Assembly (NCBI GenBank): GCA_963765675.1 | Contig: CAVXXK010000001.1 | Span: 1,536,001-1,600,000 of the forward strand | Direction of reading: 5' to 3' | DNA from: an uncultured delta proteobacterium | GTDB taxonomy: Bacteria; Desulfobacterota; Binatia; Binatales; Binataceae | DNA: 64,000 bases | In this document: piece by piece, positions 38,426 to 47,746 of the stretch | Position numbering within the stretch: position 1 is the stretch's first letter | How the letters are laid out: each line of letters begins with the position of its first letter | Notes under the pieces: generated by a model | Database searches by the model: none | Seen by the model: only the letters and a program-made list of their open reading frames with translations | What the model was told of the DNA's origin: nothing | Position numbers and translations under genes: made by a program

Positions 38426-39921
38426 CGCCGCTCAACCTTGCCGCTATCAATTTCGCCTGGCTGCCGATCCTGCCACTGGTGATCGTCACGATCGCCGCGA
38501 TGGCGGTGCTGCTGGCTGGTCTCCGTGTCGATGAAGAAGAGAGCGAAGGGCTCGGATGGCTCACGCTTGCCGCGCTCGGGATCGCGTTTATCTTTGCGCT
38601 CGGACTGGTCGGCCGCACCGGGGTCGCGTTCGCGGGCGCGATTTCGATCGACGGCTTCTCAGCCTTCTTTCAGCTCGTGATTCTCATTACCGCCGCCTTC
38701 GTGGTGCTGATGTCGCTGGATTATGCCGGCGAGAATCGCCTGCCGGGCGCCGAATACTACTCGCTGGTGCTGTTCTCGACCCTCGGAATGATGCTGATGG
38801 CGACGGCCGGGGATTTGATCATCATCTTTCTCGGACTCGAAACCATGTCGCTCGCGGTCTATGTGCTGGTCGGCATGCGCCGGCGCGATCCGCGCTCGAA
38901 CGAAGCTGCGATGAAGTATTTCCTGCTCGGCGCGTTCTCGACCGGTTTCCTGCTCTACGGTATCGCACTCATCTATGGTGCAACGGGAACGATCAAGCTT
39001 GGACCGATCCACGCCGCACTCGCGAGCAACATGGCCTCGAACCATCTGCTGATGCTCGGCCTTGCGATGCTGGTGATAGGGTTCGGCTTCAAAATTGCGG
39101 CGGTCCCGTTCCACATGTGGACGCCCGACGTTTACGAAGGCGCGCCAACGCCGATCACGGCGTTTATGGCGGTCGGGGTAAAGCTCGGCGCGTTCGCCGC
39201 GTTCCTGCGCGTCTTTCTGATCAACTTCGGCCCGGTCAGCGCGCATTGGGCGATCGCGCTTTGGGTGCTGGCCGCCATTACGATGACCGCCGGCAACCTG
39301 ATCGCGGTTGTACAGACGAATATCAAGCGGATGCTCGCGTACTCGGCGATCGCGCATGCAGGTTACCTGCTGGTCGGAATGACTGCGGCCGGACCGCAAG
39401 CCGGCTCGGCAGTGCTGTACTATCTGCTCGCCTACGCGTTCACCAATCTGGGAGCGTTCGCCGTGGTGGTGGCGCTGGAGCATCGCGCGAGTATCAGCGA
39501 CGAGATCTCGGACTATCGCGGGCTTTCGCGCCGCGCGCCGGCTCTCGCCGCCGCGATGACGATCTTCCTGCTCTCGCTGACGGGTGTTCCGCCGCTGGCC
39601 GGCTTCGTGGGCAAGTTCTACATCTTCAGCGCGGCGCTAAGTGCGGGCTACGTCTGGCTGGTGGTGATTGCGGTGCTGAACAGCGTGACGTCCGCATATT
39701 ACTACTTATACGTGATCGTCGCGATGTACATGGAAGAGGGCGACGGCATCGAGGTCGCGCCCATGATCGCAAAGCCAGCACTTGTTGCCGCGATTGGCTT
39801 GGCGCTGATCGCGACGATTTTAGTCGGCATCTATCCCGAGCCGTACATGAGCGCCGCCGCAAATGCCTATCAATCAGCGCTCAGCGCCGGCACGATCCAC
39901 ACTGCCGCGCTGCTCCCCTGA
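38422..39921 (+). CDS. nuoN: NADH-quinone oxidoreductase subunit N
   Basis: EAAMKYF, FKIAAVPFHMWTPDVYEGAPTP, KRMLAYS, GFVGKF. Confidence 0.95.
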   Translation: MTPLNLAAINFAWLPILPLVIVTIAAMAVLLAGLRVDEEESEGLGWLTLAALGIAFIFALGLVGRTGVAFAGAISIDGFSAFFQLVILITAAFVVLMSLDYAGENRLPGAEYYSLVLFSTLGMMLMATAGDLIIIFLGLETMSLAVYVLVGMRRRDPRSNEAAMKYFLLGAFSTGFLLYGIALIYGATGTIKLGPIHAALASNMASNHLLMLGLAMLVIGFGFKIAAVPFHMWTPDVYEGAPTPITAFMAVGVKLGAFAAFLRVFLINFGPVSAHWAIALWVLAAITMTAGNLIAVVQTNIKRMLAYSAIAHAGYLLVGMTAAGPQAGSAVLYYLLAYAFTNLGAFAVVVALEHRASISDEISDYRGLSRRAPALAAAMTIFLLSLTGVPPLAGFVGKFYIFSAALSAGYVWLVVIAVLNSVTSAYYYLYVIVAMYMEEGDGIEVAPMIAKPALVAAIGLALIATILVGIYPEPYMSAAANAYQSALSAGTIHTAALLP

Positions 39922-39993
39922 TCGGGTCGCCCGGTATTATTCCACTTCCTTTCAGGGCGACGGATCAGACAGGGCGAGATCGACAACGTGGCG

Positions 39994-40497
39994 CTATCGC
40001 CGCTTGGGCTTCTTCGGCGCGGGACGCTTTACAGCCTTGCGCGACGGCGCGGCGGGCTTTTTCGCTACTGCTTTGGGTGCGGACACGGAGGTAGCGGCTC
40101 GCGCTGCTTCAGGTGCGTACGCGTCCGCCTCGATCTCGATCAGCATCCGCGGATCGACCAGTCGCCGCACCTCGACCATCGTGGTGGCCGGCGGCGATGC
40201 GGCAAAGAACTCGTGATGTGCTCGTGCGGCGTCGGCGAAACGTTCGATGTCGGTCACGAACATCCGCGTGCGCACCACGTTTTCGATCGTAAGTCCCATT
40301 CGCTCGAGCGCGGTGCGGATATTCGTCAGCGCCTGGCGCGTCTGGACATACATCTGGCCGGCGCCGGCGATGGTGCCGTGCCCGTCGGTCGCGGTAGTGC
40401 CGGAGACGGCGACCATATCGCCGAAGCGGACCGCACGCGAATATCCGACAATCGGTTCCCAAGTAGTGCCGCTCGAGATTCGCGCGAGTTGGCCCAT
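39994..40497 (-). CDS. Rid (YjgF/YER057c/UK114) family protein with basic C-terminal tail
   Basis: WEPIVGYSRAVR, VSGTT, VVRTRMFV, LIEIEADA. Confidence 0.88.
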   Translation of the reverse strand: MGQLARISSGTTWEPIVGYSRAVRFGDMVAVSGTTATDGHGTIAGAGQMYVQTRQALTNIRTALERMGLTIENVVRTRMFVTDIERFADAARAHHEFFAASPPATTMVEVRRLVDPRMLIEIEADAYAPEAARAATSVSAPKAVAKKPAAPSRKAVKRPAPKKPKRR

Positions 40498-40544
40498 CGC
40501 TGATGTCCTCCATACGCCCGCCGCGAGCCGGGCAGGCTGCGGAC

Positions 40545-40775
40545 TCAGTTATCGCGCGACGGAAAGCTCTCTTCAAGCTCGCGCGCGACCGAGCGCATCG
40601 GCGGCCCGACCTTGTGCGATTCGGGCAAGAGCCATCGTACGATTGCGGAAATTCGCGAGATCAATACTGGCGGCTGGCGCCGCTCGCGATTCATATCCAG
40701 CTCGGGTTCGACGATTCGGCCGCGCCCGTTCGCCCCTATCGCGCTCGAAGCGAAAGAAAAACGCCTCTCCTCCAC
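40545..40775 (-). CDS. Small hypothetical protein (76 aa)
   Basis: GTG start preceded by AGGGAGG and a strong promoter; no recognisable family. Confidence 0.4.
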   Translation of the reverse strand: MEERRFSFASSAIGANGRGRIVEPELDMNRERRQPPVLISRISAIVRWLLPESHKVGPPMRSVARELEESFPSRDN

Positions 40776-40837
40776 AACCTCATCCTCCCTGGTATTCCCA
40801 AATACCCTCCGGCCCGGCTGAGCCGTATCCGTATTTG

Positions 40838-40865
40838 ATAATACAGAAACAATACAAACTGTCAA
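40838..40865 (-). promoter_or_regulatory. Sigma70-like promoter containing a direct repeat
   Basis: Minus strand TTGACA-16 nt-TATTAT; TGTATT occurs twice at 11-bp spacing. Confidence 0.55.
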
Positions 40866-41056
40866 AATATGCGCCGCCTCAAGCCATCCAGCCGCGCAAG
40901 CCGCGCTCACTTTGGCCGCCCTTTCCACGCGCGCGGTGATGCCCTGACAGCGCACCGCGCGCGCCCGCGCTTGAAGTTGCGTTGCGCGTATCATATCCTT
41001 TGCGGCGCTTTCAGTTATTGCGCTATGGTTGAGCAAGGAATTTCAAGGAGGAAGCG

Positions 41057-41266
41057 ATGCGCAAAGTCCTGCTTCTAGCACTAGTCACGATGTTCATGGG
41101 CGCTGCGGTTTCGGCCTGCAACAAGACTGACGAATCGGCTCCGTCTGCTCCCGAGGCAGCGGCTTCCGCGGCTGCGTCGACGGCTGCGTCCGATGCCGCC
41201 AGTGCTGCGGCCAGCCCGGCTGATATGTCCAGCCCTGCGGCGGCTGCCAGCCCGGCCGCGCCGTAA
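41057..41266 (+). CDS. Small Ala/Ser/Pro-rich lipoprotein
   Basis: AAGGAGG RBS; signal peptide with lipobox VSAC; low-complexity mature part. Confidence 0.85.
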   Translation: MRKVLLLALVTMFMGAAVSACNKTDESAPSAPEAAASAAASTAASDAASAAASPADMSSPAAAASPAAP

Positions 41267-41475
41267 TTCTCTCGACTGCTTATGGCTAGTCGCCGCGCGC
41301 CGGCCCTCGGTCGGCGCGCGGCGCACAATCCATCGGCAGGACCGTCTGTGCGGCGAGCCATAGCCTGCGCCGTCGCGTAGCCGCTTGTTCCCGGCCATGA
41401 ATCAATTCTGTTGCCGCGCCGCCCTTTCGTGCTCCACGCGCCTTTGCTCTCGCGGACTGCTACGATGCCTCTGCC

Positions 41476-42921
41476 ATGTCAGCCGCCGCGCCTGATTCGA
41501 CCCGTCCCGAATCCAGAGAGCTGAAAGCCGGATTATCGCTGTTCGATTCCGCGACCATCGTCGCGGGCTCGATGATCGGCTCGGGAATCTTCATCGTCTC
41601 GGCGGATATCGTGCGCCACGTCGGGTCGCCGGCCGCGCTGCTCGCGGCCTGGATCGTCGCAGGCCTGATGACGATCGCGGGCGCGCTTGCTTATGGCGAG
41701 CTGGCCGCGATGATGCCGCAGGCCGGAGGACAGTACGTCTATCTGCGCGAGGCGTACGGCCAGCTTTGGGCGTTTCTTTTCGGATGGACGTTGCTGCTGG
41801 TGATCCAGACCGGCACTATCGCCGCCGTCGCAGTCGCGTTCGCGCGCTTCGGCGGTGTGATGTGGCCGGCACTGGGGGCGAACCTCTGGATTGGCGCGGG
41901 CAGCTTTGGAATTTCCGGCGAGCGATTGGGCGCGATCGCGGTTATCGCGCTGCTCACGGCCGCGAATCTGCGCGGTCTCGATCTCGGGAAGATGGTGCAG
42001 AATTCGTTCACGACCGCGAAGATCTTCTCGCTGCTGCTGATCGTCGTCGTCGGATGCATCCTGTTTCCGAACCCTGTCGCCGTGAAAGCGAATTTCGGCA
42101 GCGCGCATGCGTTCCTTTCCTCAGGAGTGATGAGCGCCGGTCTGTTGGCGGCGTTTGGCGCCGCGATGGTCGGGAGCCTGTTCTCCGCCGACGCCTGGGC
42201 CTCAGTCACGTTCACCGCCGCCGAGGTTCGCAACCCGCGGCGCGATTTGCCGCTGGCGCTCGCCCTCGGCACCGGCGTTGTGATCGTGCTCTACGTCCTG
42301 ACCAACATCGCCTATCTGTGCGAGCTGCCCGCGGCCGGAACCGCCGGCGCCTCGAGTGTGATTGCGCGGGGAATCTCGCACGCCACCAGCGACCGGGTCG
42401 CCTCGGCCGCGATGCAGGTAGTATGGGGCCGCGCAGGCGCCACTCTGACCGCGATCCTCGTGATGATCTCCGCGTTCGGATGCGCCAACGGGCTGATCCT
42501 GACCGGCGCGCGCGTGATCTATGCGATGGCCAATGATGGGGTGTTCTTTTCGGCGGCGCGGCGGCTGAATCGCAATCGTGTTCCCGCGTTTGCTCTGGTC
42601 ATCCAGGGTATCTGGGCAGGAGTCCTGACGCTTAGCGGCACTTACTCCGATCTTCTCGATTACGTTATTTTTGCGCAGCTTCTGTTCTACGTGCTGACTG
42701 TCGCCGCGGTGTTCGTGCTGCGCAGGACGCGCCCCGATACGCCGCGTCCGTACCGCGCGTGGGGATATCCTGTTGTTCCCGCCGCTTACATCGTCGCGGC
42801 CGTGGCGCTGATGCTGGATTTGCTGGTGGTCAAGCCGCGGTTTACATGGCCGGGGCTCGGAATCGTGATCGCGGGCGCGATTGTCTATTCGGCAATGCGG
42901 CGTCGTCCGACGGCCGCATAG
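41476..42921 (+). CDS. APC family amino acid permease
   Basis: GSMIGSGIF, YGELAAMMPQAGGQYVYL, EVRNPRRDLP, RPYRAWGYP. Confidence 0.95.
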   Translation: MSAAAPDSTRPESRELKAGLSLFDSATIVAGSMIGSGIFIVSADIVRHVGSPAALLAAWIVAGLMTIAGALAYGELAAMMPQAGGQYVYLREAYGQLWAFLFGWTLLLVIQTGTIAAVAVAFARFGGVMWPALGANLWIGAGSFGISGERLGAIAVIALLTAANLRGLDLGKMVQNSFTTAKIFSLLLIVVVGCILFPNPVAVKANFGSAHAFLSSGVMSAGLLAAFGAAMVGSLFSADAWASVTFTAAEVRNPRRDLPLALALGTGVVIVLYVLTNIAYLCELPAAGTAGASSVIARGISHATSDRVASAAMQVVWGRAGATLTAILVMISAFGCANGLILTGARVIYAMANDGVFFSAARRLNRNRVPAFALVIQGIWAGVLTLSGTYSDLLDYVIFAQLLFYVLTVAAVFVLRRTRPDTPRPYRAWGYPVVPAAYIVAAVALMLDLLVVKPRFTWPGLGIVIAGAIVYSAMRRRPTAA

Positions 42922-42925
42922 CGGG

Positions 42926-43447
42926 TTACGGGGTTTTGCCGGGCGATCCGGTGGTGACTCCGGGCGCCGGACCGGAGCTCTCGTCGGTCGAGACGGCCTG
43001 CACCGGCTGTCCGGCGGCCGCACAATCGCTGGCGGTGAGTTTTTTTGCGCTGAATTCGCGTGCGATTCGATCGAGAATCACGGCGCTGCGCGCAGGCGAT
43101 TGATTGCCAGCCAGTTTGAACAGCTCGGCCGCGTTTTTCGCGGCCGCGTCGGCGTCGGAATCCGTCTTCGGGATACCGTAAATCTGAAAGACGCGGCACA
43201 GCGATTGAAGCCCGTCATTGCGATCGGATGCGCTGAGCACCGCCGCGTCCTCGCCCGGCTCGGAAGGTCCTTGTACGCCGCGACTGCTCGAGAACATCCC
43301 GCTCACTCCGCGCAGCGCGGCCAGCACGACGATCACAATCACTGCGATCACGGCGCCGCGCCCAGCCTTCTGGCCGGGCGAAAGCTCGCTCCATGGGATG
43401 AGCTCGATTCCTTTGCGTTGTGGCGGTTGCGAGGCCGTATCGTTCAC
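42926..43447 (-). CDS. Hypothetical membrane-anchored protein
   Basis: Single hydrophobic segment AVIAVIVIVVLAAL followed by a soluble domain with 2 Cys. Confidence 0.6.
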   Translation of the reverse strand: MNDTASQPPQRKGIELIPWSELSPGQKAGRGAVIAVIVIVVLAALRGVSGMFSSSRGVQGPSEPGEDAAVLSASDRNDGLQSLCRVFQIYGIPKTDSDADAAAKNAAELFKLAGNQSPARSAVILDRIAREFSAKKLTASDCAAAGQPVQAVSTDESSGPAPGVTTGSPGKTP

Positions 43448-43602
43448 CCGCGGGCGCAGGAGCTCGCGCGATCGTAATGGAAGATCATGCTATCAGCGCG
43501 CTCCGAAATTCCAGCACGGTACCCAAGAAAGCTACATCGCACGGTATCAAAGTCAATACGACCCGCGAATTCCCCGTCTGGCCACGAATGATTCCAGTGC
43601 GC

Positions 43603-43998
43603 CTATTTCACCGCGTCGAGGAACCGCTGCGTGTCCACGTACTCGCGGATGCGGCGAATTTTTCCAGCCTCGATCTCGAAGATGAAGCAGTACTCGTTTT
43701 CGTAGTCTTTTCCGTTGCTGACCTTGCCGCGATTCGTCATCTCGACGATCACCGTGTCGCCGTCGCAATAGATTTTCCGGAACTCGCTCTTGAGTCCCTG
43801 CGGGAAAGTCGAGCCGATTCCCGACATGAAGCTCACGATCTCGTCCTTGCCCTTTTTGATTCCGGAAGTTCCCGGCAAATTTCCGGGGACCAGCCAGCTC
43901 ACGTTGTCGGCCATGTTTGCGAAGGCAGCCTTAAGGTCGCCCTTGCCGAACGCCGCCCAGGTCTGCTTGATGAGTTCCTTGTTCTGCTCCGGCGTCAT
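43603..43998 (-). CDS. SnoaL-like/NTF2 family protein
   Basis: NKELIK..F.KGDL, DGDTVIVE, YENEYCFIFEIEAGKIRRIREYVDT; AAGGAG RBS. Confidence 0.9.
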   Translation of the reverse strand: MTPEQNKELIKQTWAAFGKGDLKAAFANMADNVSWLVPGNLPGTSGIKKGKDEIVSFMSGIGSTFPQGLKSEFRKIYCDGDTVIVEMTNRGKVSNGKDYENEYCFIFEIEAGKIRRIREYVDTQRFLDAVK

Positions 43999-44162
43999 CG
44001 CTGATGCTCCTTGTCCGAAATCGGTCGATTCAATCGCATTCAACAAATATCGCGTTTCACCCGGCCGAGGCTATCAGGATGCGCGGGCGAAAAAATCGCG
44101 CCGCCGCCGTCGCTGACACTGGCGCGAACACCTGCCATACTTCAACGCGGAGCGGGCGACGG

Positions 44163-44516
44163 ATGCATTCACGGCATCTTCTCAGAGCTGCGATAAAGTC
44201 GGTGTCAGCCGTCGCGCTGATGCTGATACTTTCGATTGCGCTGGCAATTTTGGCGACGCCCGCGCGCGCGCAGGACGATTCGTCCCAGAGTTCAGATTCC
44301 GCGTATCAAGACGCCCAGACCGTCCCGAACACCGACATGTCCAGTCCGGATTCGGGCGACGACGGCCAGAGCGTCAGCATACCGATTCCGGGAGGCGGTG
44401 AGGTAACCGCTGACGGTCCCGCCTCCGATCAGCAGGAGTCGCCTCCCGGCCAGAACTGGAGCACAGACAGCGAGCAGCCCAACAGCGTCGGCGGCGGCGC
44501 GGGAAACCCGCAATAG
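44163..44516 (+). CDS. Secreted acidic low-complexity hypothetical protein
   Basis: Signal peptide ending ARA-Q; D/S/Q/P-rich mature region. Confidence 0.65.
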   Translation: MHSRHLLRAAIKSVSAVALMLILSIALAILATPARAQDDSSQSSDSAYQDAQTVPNTDMSSPDSGDDGQSVSIPIPGGGEVTADGPASDQQESPPGQNWSTDSEQPNSVGGGAGNPQ

Positions 44517-44598
44517 CGGCTGCTCGACAATCTCGCGTGAGAATTCGTTCCCTTTTTCTCCGACATCGCCCATCCCACTGAACTGCTTTCGCGAGTGA

Positions 44599-44787
44599 CG
44601 AGATTCCTCGCGATCCGCGCCGCGCGAGACGATCTGCGCGCGAGACGATCTGTATGACGCGAAACTCGCGGTAGACTCGCGCTCGGAATGACAGTTTCCG
44701 CGTATCTGGTGTCATTCCGAGCGCGAGCGGTCGGTTAGGTATCGCCGGGCGTGTCACGTCGAGTGGCAGGCGTCGCGAGGAATCTCG
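44599..44787. repeat. Inverted REP-like repeat pair between convergent genes
   Basis: CTCGCGCTCGGAATGACA (44676-93) / TGTCATTCCGAGCGCGAG (44710-27) perfect inverted repeat; CGAGATTCCTCGCGA / TCGCGAGGAATCTCG outer inverted repeat; 16-bp tandem duplication at 44621-44652. Confidence 0.8.
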
Positions 44788-44854
44788 CCACCCGCGAAAG
44801 CAGCCATCGCAATGAGCCGCGCAAAGTCGCGCGGACAAGAAAAGGGTCTAGCCG

Positions 44855-45493
44855 CTACATCCCGGAGGTGAAGACATAGCCGCCCAATTGCGCGGAATAG
44901 ACTCCCGACGCCTCGGTGGATTGCTCGCCGGCTTGCGGCGGTGTCACCGCCTGATCGTTCCAGGTGAATGACTTCGCGCCGGTCTGGCGCCTTATCGTTG
45001 TTATCTCCACGGTGCTGGCGGTGGCATCAAATGAGAACGATATATCGACCGAGTCGGTGATGATCGGCTCTCCCGCCGAGAACGCGGCCGCGTTGTCGAT
45101 CGAAATCGGCGCGCGATCCGGATGGAAATAGACCGTGCGCGTGCCGCGCGCACGACCGGGGAGGCGGGTATTGTCGCCCGCTCGCGAGGTCACGACAAAA
45201 TCGATTTGGTAGGTGAACAATCCTTCGCCGAAGTCGCCGCTCGGATCGGTGTGCGCGAAGGGCCATCCGTGGATTATCCCGCGAATCGTTCCGCGCTGGG
45301 CTCCTGCGTTCGAGTCCGCGAGCGTCATCACGGCGCTCGGCGCGTCCGCCTTGTAAACCTGACGCTCAATTATGGGAAAAGGGCCGCCGCTGACGATATC
45401 GCCCGATTCCGCCGGGATCATCCCGCCGCATCCCGCAATCAGCAGCGCCAGCCCCAACCCGAACATCCTGCACTCAAACGGTCGCATCACCAT
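44855..45493 (-). CDS. Hypothetical lipoprotein
   Basis: Lipobox IAGC after a hydrophobic stretch; beta-rich mature part; start uncertain. Confidence 0.65.
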   Translation of the reverse strand: MVMRPFECRMFGLGLALLIAGCGGMIPAESGDIVSGGPFPIIERQVYKADAPSAVMTLADSNAGAQRGTIRGIIHGWPFAHTDPSGDFGEGLFTYQIDFVVTSRAGDNTRLPGRARGTRTVYFHPDRAPISIDNAAAFSAGEPIITDSVDISFSFDATASTVEITTIRRQTGAKSFTWNDQAVTPPQAGEQSTEASGVYSAQLGGYVFTSGM

Positions 45494-45527
45494 CCACCCT
45501 TCCCCCTCCTCCGCGATCCCCGCGGTT

Positions 45528-46658
45528 TCAGTACGCCGCTTCGAGCAGTGCGACCAACTCGCGCTCGGTGACTTCGCGACCCACCACGTTCGAGGCCGCA
45601 ACCTCCGCCAGCACCGTGGCCGCGATCCGGCCAATCTCCTCGTGCGGAACGCCGACGTCGCGCAGGCGCGTTGGGACCTCGAACTGCTTGATGAATTGCG
45701 CCGCTCGATCCGCGCACTCAAGCGCGGCGGCGCGCGGCTTGGCGGCGTCGAAGCGCAGCCCGAAGCCTTGCGCGATCGCGCCGAAACGCTCGGGCGCGAT
45801 GCCCGCCATGAACCGCATTACATGCGGCAGCGTGATGCACGAGGTAATTCCGTGCGGCACGTTCCAGTAGGGTCCGATCTGATGGCCGAGCGCGTGGGAA
45901 ATTCCCGCACGCGTATTCGTCATCCCGAAGATCGAAAGCCACGCCGCGAGCTGGCATTGCATCCGATGCTCCGTCTGCTCGGGACCCGCCGTCGCCATCG
46001 AGGGCCGCAGATGCGCCACCAGCATCGCGATCGCTTTCGCGCACAGCGTGTCGGTTACGACCTGCCGCCGCGTCGAGTACGACGACTCGACGGCGTGGTC
46101 GAGCGCGCGCATCCCGGTGGAGGCCCACAGCCACGCGGGAGTCTCCGCGGTCAGGTCGGGATCGAGAATCACAGTGCGCGGCTGCACGCGCGGATCTCCG
46201 GTGCCGCCTTTGTGCCGCGTGGCCTCGTCGGTCATGCCACCGAACGCGGTGAACTCGGCGGCGGAGAGCGTAGTTGGAATCGCGATATGAACCGTTTCGC
46301 GCGCGAGACTGCCCTTCAGGAGCCGCACTCCCGCGATTTTCGCCATGTCGATCGGGCTGCCGCCGCCGAAGCTGACGAAGGCGTCGGCCTCGAGGCGAAC
46401 GGCGTCGGCGACCAGCGCGTCCACGGTTTTCGACGGCACGTGCTGCGCCGCTCCGGTGAAGGCTCCCGCCAGTGCGCTGCCCGCGGCGTGTTTGACGCTC
46501 TCGAGCAGGCGCGACGCGCCCAGAGATTTGCCGGTCACGATCAACGCGCGTCGGACGCCCCGCCGGGAGAGCTCCTCGCCTAGCGCCGCGATCTTCCCGG
46601 CGCCGAAGATCACGCTTTCAAGATTGCTGAACCGATAGACGCCTGCGGTTTGATCCAT
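45528..46658 (-). CDS. Iron-containing alcohol dehydrogenase / maleylacetate reductase family protein
   Basis: GGGSPIDMAK, IPTTLSAAE, ALDHAVE, HALGHQIG, PHG. Confidence 0.92.
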   Translation of the reverse strand: MDQTAGVYRFSNLESVIFGAGKIAALGEELSRRGVRRALIVTGKSLGASRLLESVKHAAGSALAGAFTGAAQHVPSKTVDALVADAVRLEADAFVSFGGGSPIDMAKIAGVRLLKGSLARETVHIAIPTTLSAAEFTAFGGMTDEATRHKGGTGDPRVQPRTVILDPDLTAETPAWLWASTGMRALDHAVESSYSTRRQVVTDTLCAKAIAMLVAHLRPSMATAGPEQTEHRMQCQLAAWLSIFGMTNTRAGISHALGHQIGPYWNVPHGITSCITLPHVMRFMAGIAPERFGAIAQGFGLRFDAAKPRAAALECADRAAQFIKQFEVPTRLRDVGVPHEEIGRIAATVLAEVAASNVVGREVTERELVALLEAAY

Positions 46659-46715
46659 CGCTGTTCCTTCGCGGCTCTTCAGCCTGCTGTTGGCTGAGAA
46701 TCCGATGGCAAAATC

Positions 46716-46760
46716 CTACGGCAAAACTCTACGGCAAAACTCTACGGCAAAACTCTACGG
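46716..46760. repeat. 13-bp tandem repeat (VNTR)
   Basis: CTACGGCAAAACT x3 plus CTACGG, with a degenerate copy just before; the last partial unit includes the stop codon of the adjacent gene. Confidence 0.9.
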
Positions 46761-47633
46761 ATTGATAATAACGACCGTACCAATTGGCAGTATCCGGTGA
46801 AGCTCCCCCACGTCGCGGTTGTCGATCGAGATGCACCCCGTAGTCCAGTTGATATCGCCCGCATTGAGCAGCGGCACGTCGGTGCCGTGGATTCCAATCG
46901 ACCCGCCCTCACCGACTACACGGCCGTCGCGGGCGCCCGGAGCCAGGTCGTCGGGGCGTAACGCAGCGTATCGCAATCGATCGATCGCGTTTGGGTAGTC
47001 GAGCGTCAAAAACCAGTGCCAGCGCGCGCTCGGATGCTTTCCGCTGATCACGTAAACGCCCTCGGGCGTGCGCCGGTCTCCTTCATAGAGTTTGGTCCCA
47101 TGCTCGCGCGAGCGGCCAAACACGGCGTGGTAATCCCTGAACAGCTCGCCCTTGTAATAGACGTCAAGCTGATGGCGCGATTTGAAGACCATCACCGCCC
47201 AATTCGCCGGATCCTGATACGATCCGTCGCGCGTATGATAGTAGGCACGCTCGCCCGCGCTGAGCGCCTGAGCCGGAACATGATGGTCTTGCGCCGGTGC
47301 TCCGGTTCCAGCGCAGCACCTCGCTGACGGCGCTGCTGGCGAGGGGTTCGCGGCCGGCGACTCGCCCGCGGATGGCGATGCCTGTGCGGCGGCGTGCTCG
47401 ACCTGGAAGGCTGCTGTGCCCGGCTGTGGCGCCCATTCCGTGGAGGTCGGGGGAGAAATTTCGGCCGCGGGCGACGGGATCGGAGAAGAAGCAGTGGTTA
47501 TCGCCGTCGTGGCCGCCGGCGAGGACTGTTGTTGCGCGGACAGGGAATTCGGCAATATCGCGAGGGCCGCGAGCATCAGGATCGCGATCGCGCCAGCGCG
47601 CATTCGTATCGCGAATCGGTTCACGCGTAGCAT
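46755..47633 (-). CDS. L,D-transpeptidase (YkuD) family protein
   Basis: Signal peptide, Ala/Pro/Ser linker, EGDRRTPEGVY, LDYPN, IGIHG, WTTGCI. Confidence 0.9.
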   Translation of the reverse strand: MLRVNRFAIRMRAGAIAILMLAALAILPNSLSAQQQSSPAATTAITTASSPIPSPAAEISPPTSTEWAPQPGTAAFQVEHAAAQASPSAGESPAANPSPAAPSARCCAGTGAPAQDHHVPAQALSAGERAYYHTRDGSYQDPANWAVMVFKSRHQLDVYYKGELFRDYHAVFGRSREHGTKLYEGDRRTPEGVYVISGKHPSARWHWFLTLDYPNAIDRLRYAALRPDDLAPGARDGRVVGEGGSIGIHGTDVPLLNAGDINWTTGCISIDNRDVGELHRILPIGTVVIINP

Positions 47634-47746
47634 ATCTTTGGCCGCATCATCCTCTCGAGGTCTATTTTGAAAACGCCATCGTCCCGCGTCAATTATAAGT
47701 GAAGCGCAAATCCTCGCGGATACTATGCGAGAGGAGAGAATACACG

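Noticed and set aside
34521-40094. Long alternative-frame and antisense ORFs (e.g. 38556-40094, 37091-38386, nuoL extension from 34521)
   Set aside because: Shadow ORFs expected in high-GC coding DNA; Arg/Ala-rich with no motifs
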